This document shows positions 57,660 through 64,000 of a stretch of 64,000 nt of DNA, piece by piece. Within the stretch, counting starts at the first letter, position 1, and every line of letters begins with the position of its first letter. A program made the translations under genes and the position numbers. This DNA is from Candidatus Harrisonbacteria bacterium (GTDB lineage Bacteria > Patescibacteriota > Minisyncoccia > UBA6257 > 1-14-0-10-40-38), in contig JAHFLD010000004.1 in NCBI GenBank assembly GCA_023245035.1, forward strand, positions 13,496 through 77,495. Direction: 5' to 3'. The notes below the pieces were generated by a model. It saw only the letters and a list, made by a program, of their open reading frames with translations. It did not search any database and had not been told where the DNA came from.

Positions 57660-57840
57660 CGTCGGGGGCATTTTTTTACGGACTACGAATTTACGAATTA
57701 GTACGAATATACGAATAACTAAAACAGAGGCTGAGGGTTAAATACGGGCGGGCAAGTTTACTAGTACTACGAATTTACGAATTAGTACCCGCCCGTACCG
57801 GACGGTACGTTCGGGCGGGCGAATATACGAATGGGTATCT
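57660..57840. repeat. Dispersed intergenic repeat, long copy C (six TACGAAT heptamers plus CGGGCGGGCAAGT / TATACGAATGGGTA blocks with internal inverted repeats)
   Basis: It starts right after the hairpin GCCCCCGAC...GTCGGGGGC plus T7. It shares blocks with copies A and B. Confidence 0.6.
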
Positions 57841-57866
57841 AAACTGACATATAGAAAATGCGCGCC

Positions 57867-58865
57867 TTACTCTTGCGCGTGTTTTTCTTTAATCAGCTGA
57901 TTGAGAAGTTTTTTGACTCCTTCCAAGCTTTCGGCATCGTGAATTGAATAAATTAGCGGTTTTGCCGGACGATCGCTAAACTGACTAGCGATACCGTCTA
58001 TCGCCTCTTCAGACAAAAGGTCGCTTTTGCTGATGAATATATATTCCGGCTTGGCCGAGAGCGCCGGATTGTAGGCGGTTAATTCTTTGCGAATAATTTC
58101 GTAATCCGCGCGCGGATGCTCCGAATCGCCGGAAATTAAGTGAAAGAGAACCTTGGTGCGTTCAATGTGGCGAAGAAATTTTATGCCGAGCCCCTTGCCA
58201 ATGGAAGCGCCCTCGATTAGGCCGGGAATATCGGCCAGAACCAACTCGTAGTAGACGCCGAGATTGGGCGCGAGAGTGGTAAAAGGATAATTAGCGACCT
58301 TGCTTTTGGCATTGGTGAGTTCGTTGAGGAGGCTGGATTTGCCGGCGTTCGGCAGACCAATCAAGCCGACGTCGGCAATGAGCTTGAGCTCAAAGCGAAT
58401 AGTTCCGGCTTCGCCCGGCAGGCCGGGCTGGAAGCGGCGGGGGCTCGTGTTATGCGGTCCGCGAAAATGAAAATTGCCCTTGCCGCCCTTACCACCTTCG
58501 GAAATTAGCTGGCGCTCCCCGATCTTGATGACTTCTATGGAGGTTTTTTTGGTAAGATCGTGAACCACGGTACCAACGGGTATTTGCAAAACTAAATCTT
58601 GGCCGTCGTGGCCGTCATTAAATTGCGGTTTGCCGTTTTGGCCGTCTTCGGCTTTGGCAGTTTTTTTGAAACGGAACTGGCGCAGGCGAGAAATATCCAC
58701 CACGCCTTCAACATAAACATTGCCGCCGCGCCCCCCACTGCCGCCGGCGGGACCCAGACTCATCATGTTTTTATTGAAGGCAACAGCTCCTTTGCCGCCC
58801 TTGCCTGCCTGCACCTTGATAGTGATATCGTCAACTAACATATCGTCATCGTAACACTCAATCAC
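57867..58865 (-). CDS. obg: GTPase ObgE/CgtA
   Basis: Glycine-rich Obg fold (GGKGGKG...GGRGG) and G1 motif GLPNAGKSSL. Confidence 0.9.
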   Translation of the reverse strand: MIECYDDDMLVDDITIKVQAGKGGKGAVAFNKNMMSLGPAGGSGGRGGNVYVEGVVDISRLRQFRFKKTAKAEDGQNGKPQFNDGHDGQDLVLQIPVGTVVHDLTKKTSIEVIKIGERQLISEGGKGGKGNFHFRGPHNTSPRRFQPGLPGEAGTIRFELKLIADVGLIGLPNAGKSSLLNELTNAKSKVANYPFTTLAPNLGVYYELVLADIPGLIEGASIGKGLGIKFLRHIERTKVLFHLISGDSEHPRADYEIIRKELTAYNPALSAKPEYIFISKSDLLSEEAIDGIASQFSDRPAKPLIYSIHDAESLEGVKKLLNQLIKEKHAQE

Positions 58866-58910
58866 TTGCGAAGACTAGCGAGCGGCGCTATCTTGCTCAA
58901 GAACTGACCT

Positions 58911-60329
58911 ATGCTGGAAAAAACTTTCGCTGAAGCAAAAACCGTAAAGATCGTGGCAACGCTCGGGCCTTCTTGCCGTGAGCGGGAAGCAATCTTGGAG
59001 CTCACGCGAGCCGGAGCGGATATCTTTCGGGTCAACCTTTCTCATTCAAGCGAAGACGAAGTTAATGCAATGGTCGCTAACGTTCGAGCGGTTGAAAAAA
59101 TCGTCGGCCGACCACTCGCGATTTTGGCTGATTTGGCCGGACCAAAGATTAGAATTGGACAAACTATTGACGGCGCGAGGCTTTCGGCCGGAGACGAGGT
59201 GGAGATATTAACCAGATCCGGAGAACGTTCGGCTTATTCGTTGTCGCTTAATTTTTCTTCGGTATTGAAAAACCTCAAACCCGGCAATGGAATCTACCTC
59301 GGTGACGGAACCATTCATCTCGCAGTTGAACGAAAATTGGCGCATGGAGTTTTGACCCGGGTTATTTCCGGAGGGCATCTACGGTCGCAAATGGGTTTCG
59401 CGGCCGAAGGACTGACGCTTAAAAAATTCGCCTTGAGCTCTAAAGACCTGCAAGACGTCGCGCTCGTCACCTCGCTAAAAGTGGACGCGATCGCGGTTTC
59501 GTTCGTGCAGACTCCGCGCGACATTGAGGCGGTGCGCCGTCTTTTGCCCCAAAATAACCGCCCGCTCCTTATCGCCAAAATCGAAACCGTTCCCGGCGTC
59601 AATAACGCCGATAAGATCCTTAAGATTGCCGACGGACTGATGGTCGCGCGCGGAGACTTGGGACTTTCCATGCCGATTGCCGAGTTGCCCCATATTCAGA
59701 AAAAATTAATCGCGCTTGGACTGCGCAATGCCAAGCCGGTGATTACCGCGACTCAAATGCTGGAGTCGATGATCGCCCATCCAATGCCGACCCGAGCCGA
59801 AGTGACGGATGTGGCCAACGCGATTCTGGACGGAACCGACGCGGTGATGCTTTCGGGCGAGACCGCCGTCGGCAAGTTTCCAGCAGAGGCGGTAGCGATG
59901 ATGACCAAGATCATTGCCAGCACCACGCCGCACGTTGTGCCCAGATTTTTTGATAATGAGGCATCTATCGCGGACGCAGTGAGTTCTTCCACGGTGGCGA
60001 TCGCCAACCAAACCGGCGCGAAATTGGTTATTGTTTTTACCGAAAGCGGAACGACGGCACGCCGAATTTCGCGCCACCGCAACCCACAGCCAATCGTGGC
60101 CTTGTCGCCAAACCCGCAGACAATTCGTCAGCTAAGTTTTTCGTGGGGCGTTTCGGCTCAACAAATTTCTAGTACCAAAGATTTTGACGACCTAGTAGGT
60201 TCGGCTCAACGCATAGCGCGAAAAAATCCGGTTCGGCCATTAAATCACGGCGAGGTGTTTGTGGTGAGCGCGGGAGTGCCTTTTGGCAAGGTTGGCAGTA
60301 CCAACTTGGCGCTAGTTGAGAGGGCTTGA
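58911..60329 (+). CDS. pyk: Pyruvate kinase
   Basis: KIVATLGPS, the MVARGDLG motif, and a PK barrel/C-domain. Confidence 0.9.
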   Translation: MLEKTFAEAKTVKIVATLGPSCREREAILELTRAGADIFRVNLSHSSEDEVNAMVANVRAVEKIVGRPLAILADLAGPKIRIGQTIDGARLSAGDEVEILTRSGERSAYSLSLNFSSVLKNLKPGNGIYLGDGTIHLAVERKLAHGVLTRVISGGHLRSQMGFAAEGLTLKKFALSSKDLQDVALVTSLKVDAIAVSFVQTPRDIEAVRRLLPQNNRPLLIAKIETVPGVNNADKILKIADGLMVARGDLGLSMPIAELPHIQKKLIALGLRNAKPVITATQMLESMIAHPMPTRAEVTDVANAILDGTDAVMLSGETAVGKFPAEAVAMMTKIIASTTPHVVPRFFDNEASIADAVSSSTVAIANQTGAKLVIVFTESGTTARRISRHRNPQPIVALSPNPQTIRQLSFSWGVSAQQISSTKDFDDLVGSAQRIARKNPVRPLNHGEVFVVSAGVPFGKVGSTNLALVERA

Positions 60330-60358
60330 TTGAATTTTTCGCGGGCCGTAGGTTGCTA

Positions 60359-60386
60359 TTGACATATATTGTCTATATGCTATAAT
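60359..60386 (+). promoter_or_regulatory. Near-consensus sigma70 promoter with extended -10 (TTGACA-16-TGCTATAAT)
   Basis: ATTGACATATATTGTCTATATGCTATAAT. Confidence 0.5.
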
Positions 60387-60463
60387 GCACGGGAACTTGG
60401 GACTTCCTCCCTTTTCTTGAACAAGAGTTCATTTAAAACTAGTTTTTAATCACAGGAGAAAAG

Positions 60464-60868
60464 ATGCGTTGCTCTTTGTGGGGATTCGATTCGGGCTACA
60501 ACGACGAGGATGATGCGGCGCTGGACTGCGACACCTCGGGCCAAATTGGAATCGTCGACCAGATGGTTGACTTCGCCTCTTCTGATCAGTTCACCGACGA
60601 CGACCCTTACTTTAGCTTTTACGGCGCCGATGAAGACTTCCGCGTGATGCTTGAAGAGGCACTCCAAAAGGAGGAGCCCGAGCAGGAGGTGGAGGCGAGT
60701 CCCGCGCAAGGAATGTCGGCGCTCAAGGCTCACGGCGACAAGGCCATGGCTCCGTACCGCCGACACGAGAAACATCACGGTCGCGACAGGCGCGGCAAGC
60801 ACCGGAGCTTGCGGGCGCATCGCACCGGATTCAAGCGCAAGGGAGAGTTCGTCTCCCGTGCCGCTTAG
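60464..60868 (+). CDS. Hypothetical small protein with an acidic N-half and basic C-half
   Basis: AGGAGAAAAG RBS. GC is about 60%. It is followed by the terminator hairpin GGACCCC...GGGGTCC plus T-run at 60871-60900. Confidence 0.5.
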   Translation: MRCSLWGFDSGYNDEDDAALDCDTSGQIGIVDQMVDFASSDQFTDDDPYFSFYGADEDFRVMLEEALQKEEPEQEVEASPAQGMSALKAHGDKAMAPYRRHEKHHGRDRRGKHRSLRAHRTGFKRKGEFVSRAA

Positions 60869-60926
60869 GACCCCAAACGGGGTCCTTTTTTTATTTGATT
60901 AACGGGTCGGTGATTTAGAAGCTTAC

Positions 60927-60955
60927 TTGACAATATGGCGTCTGTGTAATATAAT
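60927..60955 (+). promoter_or_regulatory. Consensus sigma70 promoter TTGACA-17-TATAAT
   Basis: CTTGACAATATGGCGTCTGTGTAATATAAT. Confidence 0.55.
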
Positions 60956-60997
60956 GCCGGAAGCACCTTGAGAGTCGATTTCTTTTTTGGAGAATAA

Positions 60998-61396
60998 ATG
61001 AAAGTTGCCTATATCTTGCGGGGAATTCCGGGTAGTGGTAAAACCACGCTCGCCAAGATCCTCGCGGAACCGGAGGGCGTCATCCACTCAACCGACGACT
61101 ACTTTTACCAAGGAGGAGTTTATCGCTTTCAACCGGAGCGACTGCCAGAGTTTCACGAGAAGAACTTCGCGGCTTTTGTGAACAGTTTGCGAGCCGAGAT
61201 TCCCATCGTGGTTTGTGACAACGTCAACCGCGAACATCGCGATTATCGGCGGTACGTGTATGCCGCCCGTGAACACGGCTACCGAGCGGCCATCGTTTTT
61301 CTGCCGCATCCGAGTCCGGATGAGGCTACGGCGCGCACGGTTCACGCAGTTCCGATTCAGACCATTTTGCGGATCATCGAGCGGTGGGAATATTAA
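60998..61396 (+). CDS. P-loop kinase/ATPase of the AAA_33 / zeta-toxin-like family
   Basis: MKVAYILRGIPGSGKTTLAK Walker A motif and a short ~130-aa kinase-fold body. Confidence 0.55.
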   Translation: MKVAYILRGIPGSGKTTLAKILAEPEGVIHSTDDYFYQGGVYRFQPERLPEFHEKNFAAFVNSLRAEIPIVVCDNVNREHRDYRRYVYAAREHGYRAAIVFLPHPSPDEATARTVHAVPIQTILRIIERWEY

Positions 61397-61481
61397 TTCC
61401 CGCCGCTTTTTTTGACCTAAAGGACCTATTTTGCTATCCTCTGTTTTCGGGTTCCTTGAAAACCTTTTTGGAGGATTGCTA

Positions 61482-61919
61482 ATGAGTGCGGAAAGCAGAA
61501 CACCGGCGAGTAGAAAAAGAACGACAGCTTTTGAACGTGAACTGCTAAAGACCGCCGGCTTTTTTCACGCCACCGGATTGCCCTTGAAGAATGTGCGCGG
61601 TCGCGAATACACGATTGGCGAGTTCCTGCCGGATACTTGGCGCGGTTCGTGGCACCACCACAATGGAAGAACGGTGATTGTGACTGTTGGCGGCGAGGTG
61701 TGGTTGTCGTTAGGCGATCACCTGCCCCGCCCCGACATGACTCAAATTCAGAGCCCTTTGCCAGCGGTAATTTATAAGCTCTGCCCCAACCTTCGGCAAC
61801 CGGAACTTGAATCGCGGAATTTTGAGCTCTTCGTACCACTCGCCTACGGCGAGCACATCAACCCCGAAGCCGTTGCCGAACGCATTAAGAACCCCGACTG
61901 GCAGATGGAGCTAGTGTAG
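61482..61919 (+). CDS. Hypothetical protein
   Basis: A GGAGG RBS lies 8 nt upstream of the ATG at 61482. It is followed by the terminator GCGGACACC...GGTGTCCGC plus T-run. Confidence 0.45.
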   Translation: MSAESRTPASRKRTTAFERELLKTAGFFHATGLPLKNVRGREYTIGEFLPDTWRGSWHHHNGRTVIVTVGGEVWLSLGDHLPRPDMTQIQSPLPAVIYKLCPNLRQPELESRNFELFVPLAYGEHINPEAVAERIKNPDWQMELV

Positions 61920-61995
61920 CGTTTTTCTGCGGACACCAAGGTGTCCGCTTTTTTTATTTCTGGTATACTTTTTTTGAAAGGTCGCGCTTGGTTTC

Positions 61996-62223
61996 TTGAG
62001 TTTTTTTAAAATATTTATGGACGGAATGAAAAAAGAAGATGGGATGAAGTGTGCTTGCCGTCATCATTCGGTAATCCCTTTTTTGATGGTTTTGTTCGCT
62101 TTGGTTTTTTTGTTGGGCGCTTTTGATATTGTTACGGCGAGAACCGTTTCGATTACCTGGCCGATTTTGATTGGTGTCGCGGGCCTGATGAAGATGAATG
62201 AGCGCCGATGCACTTGCTGTTAG
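61996..62223 (+). CDS. Small Cys/His-containing membrane protein
   Basis: TM helix with flanking CAC...HH and CTCC motifs. It is followed by a bidirectional terminator at 62240-62275. Confidence 0.3.
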   Translation: MSFFKIFMDGMKKEDGMKCACRHHSVIPFLMVLFALVFLLGAFDIVTARTVSITWPILIGVAGLMKMNERRCTCC

Positions 62224-62294
62224 TTTTTTTGGTTTTACCAAAAAATATAAACGCCCCGATTTTAATCGGGGCGTTTTGGTGATTGTCTCGCTTA

Positions 62295-63020
62295 CTACCA
62301 CAAGAGAGAGCCTTTGCAAGAAGGAAAGATATCTCGCCGATAACTTTCCCTGACGTTATGGGTGATGGCGCGGAGGGTCGGCGATCGGCCCAAAATCCAG
62401 ATCTCAACGCTGGGCTCGGCATTTTCCACCTCTTTATCGGAATGGCGCGAGCACAAACACTTAATCACGTCGCCCGAACTGAAACATTCCGGAAAGTGCG
62501 TCAGTAGGGCTATCGCCTCTTCCACGGTCAGACCACGCCGGAATTCTCGGCCTAAACTTTCTTTGGCCTCGGGTACAGAGACGCCACAAAGTTCACGTCC
62601 GGACCTTAGATCGCTAATGGCATAAATACCTCGTCCAGTCTCTAATTTTCTCTCCAACTCCAAAGAATCCAAATTGACACTTGATGAGACTTCACCGGCG
62701 TGCCATTTTTTGCCGGAGATGCCCGCGAGCAGTTGGCGAATAGTGAGATGAGCCCTGGTCACGACCAGCAAGGCCGGAACTTGACTCGTCTTGAGAGGCA
62801 AGGAAGTTGGCATTGACAGCTGCAGCTCTAATCGCTTCAGTTCATCTTCCAACCAAACTCTATCCAGACCACCTCTCGTGTGATACTTTCTCTCTTTAAC
62901 CAAACGGCGGTGTTGAGCCCTAAGGATCGCGACGAGATCGTCTCTGGTTATCGCGACATCTTCTTCGCGGGCTTGCGCCAGACCATCTGTCATAATCGGC
63001 TCTCCTTTTTCTCTTTTCAA
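62295..63020 (-). CDS. Hypothetical protein
   Basis: 241-aa ORF with no recognisable domain. Confidence 0.45.
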   Translation of the reverse strand: MKREKGEPIMTDGLAQAREEDVAITRDDLVAILRAQHRRLVKERKYHTRGGLDRVWLEDELKRLELQLSMPTSLPLKTSQVPALLVVTRAHLTIRQLLAGISGKKWHAGEVSSSVNLDSLELERKLETGRGIYAISDLRSGRELCGVSVPEAKESLGREFRRGLTVEEAIALLTHFPECFSSGDVIKCLCSRHSDKEVENAEPSVEIWILGRSPTLRAITHNVRESYRRDIFPSCKGSLLW

Positions 63021-63117
63021 AGAACGGGTTTGCGATTCGGGAATATCTTACCGATAAAACCGAAGAAAATCAAACTAGACGGGTGGTTTATTTTATCCCA
63101 CAGGGCGACGTGTTAGA

Positions 63118-63336
63118 ATGAGTTTAATCATGAAACAGCTCTACAGAAGCAGGCACAATCGAGTGATCGCCGGAGTTTTTGGCGGCTTGGGAGAATATTG
63201 GGGAGTTGATCCGGTATTGCTTCGACTTGGCTTTGTTCTGCTAACTATTTTTACCCACGTTGTTCCGGGAGTTATAACTTATGCCATCGCCGCCTTGGTC
63301 GTTCCACAGCATCCGCAAGTAAAAAAAGATTTATAA
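63118..63336 (+). CDS. PspC-domain protein
   Basis: LYRSRHNRVIAGVFGGLGEYWGVDPVLLRLGFVLLTIF is the canonical PspC domain. Confidence 0.7.
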   Translation: MSLIMKQLYRSRHNRVIAGVFGGLGEYWGVDPVLLRLGFVLLTIFTHVVPGVITYAIAALVVPQHPQVKKDL

Positions 63337-63378
63337 TCATCTTGGATCTTTGGCTTTATCGTCGGCTTTTTTACTAGC

Positions 63379-63987
63379 ATGAATGCCTCTTTTTTCTTCG
63401 CTAATGCCTGGCTAACTTACGCGACAGTTTTCGCCATAGTAACTTTAACCGGTTATTTGATTCCGATTCCCGAGGAGATAATGCTGATTTTTATCGGTTA
63501 TCTGGCGGCGCTAGGACTGGGAAACCCATATTTAATGACGCTGGCGGGTATTTTAGGATTACTGGCCGGCGATGGAATTATTTTCTTTTTAAGCCTGCAT
63601 GGAGCTAGATTTATAAATCGCCTGAAAGTAAAAATAAATCCGGCGCGGCTCGAACGCTATGAGACTAAGGCGCGCGATCATTTGGGACGCTATGTATTTG
63701 GCCTGCGATTCGTACCAACGCTCCGATTTTTGAGTCCGATTCTTGCCGGATCAATGAGGGTTTCCTGGCGAGTGTTTCTTTGGTATGACGCCTTAGCCGC
63801 TTTGATATACGCGCCAATTTTAATTTTTTTTGGCTACCATTTTGGCAACCAGCTGGCACTGATTTTGAGCGAACTGAAAGTTGTCCGCCATACTTTTTTT
63901 ATTCTTTTCCTGATAGCGCTCGGAATTTGGATGACGGTCGCGGCTCACCGCAGGTTTTACGTGGAGCGTCCCGCGGGCAAAAAGTAA
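63379..63987 (+). CDS. DedA/VTT-family membrane protein
   Basis: The LIPIPEEIMLIFIGYLAALG segment, the GRYVFGLRFVPTLRFLSPILAGSMRVSW segment, and the DedA re-entrant loop signature. Confidence 0.8.
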   Translation: MNASFFFANAWLTYATVFAIVTLTGYLIPIPEEIMLIFIGYLAALGLGNPYLMTLAGILGLLAGDGIIFFLSLHGARFINRLKVKINPARLERYETKARDHLGRYVFGLRFVPTLRFLSPILAGSMRVSWRVFLWYDALAALIYAPILIFFGYHFGNQLALILSELKVVRHTFFILFLIALGIWMTVAAHRRFYVERPAGKK

Positions 63988-64000
63988 TAGTGGCTGGATT

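Overview
The window is mostly housekeeping genes from a small genome of about 50% GC: dnaX, a comEC split at a poly-A tract, mnmA, efp, secDF, grpE-dnaK-dnaJ, dinB, lexA, pgi, obg, pyk and greA. I found two tRNAs, Lys-TTT and Asn-GTT. The gene set and compact style suggest a CPR/Patescibacteria-like or similarly reduced bacterium; that is inference only. The most notable accessory content is as follows. (1) An ~11 kb low-GC integrative island sits against the 3' end of tRNA-Asn (26.5-37.7 kb). It carries a large serine recombinase, a complete Type I R-M operon (hsdM-hsdS-hsdR), an Xis-like HTH, a Rep-like protein, a 412-aa protein with no recognisable domain, and a HicB/HicA-like pair. The hsdS gene has a 12-bp x3 tandem repeat in its central spacer. 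(2) A ~740-nt ORF-free unit (53.0-53.8 kb) has a near-consensus sigma70 promoter, an intrinsic terminator and 2.3 imperfect tandem repeats of ~145 nt, each with the same GC-rich hairpin. I read this as a candidate large non-coding RNA. (3) A ~200-nt small-RNA unit downstream of tRNA-Lys (17.78-17.98 kb) has a TTGACA-17-TATAGT promoter and a terminator. (4) A high-GC, high-GC3 gene (6865-7740) has foreign-looking codon usage and lies beside a transposase C-terminal remnant. (5) A dispersed intergenic repeat family is built on ACTACGAA/TACGAAT motifs that directly follow terminators. (6) Twin 35-bp palindromes flank an ArsR-like regulator and sit immediately 5' of mnmA. (7) A copper/thiol-redox cluster includes DoxX, DUF1573, CcdA, SHOCT, YHS and a CopB-type ATPase. 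No CRISPR array and no rRNA genes were seen. All calls rest on reading the sequence and the ORF translations, with no database searches run.
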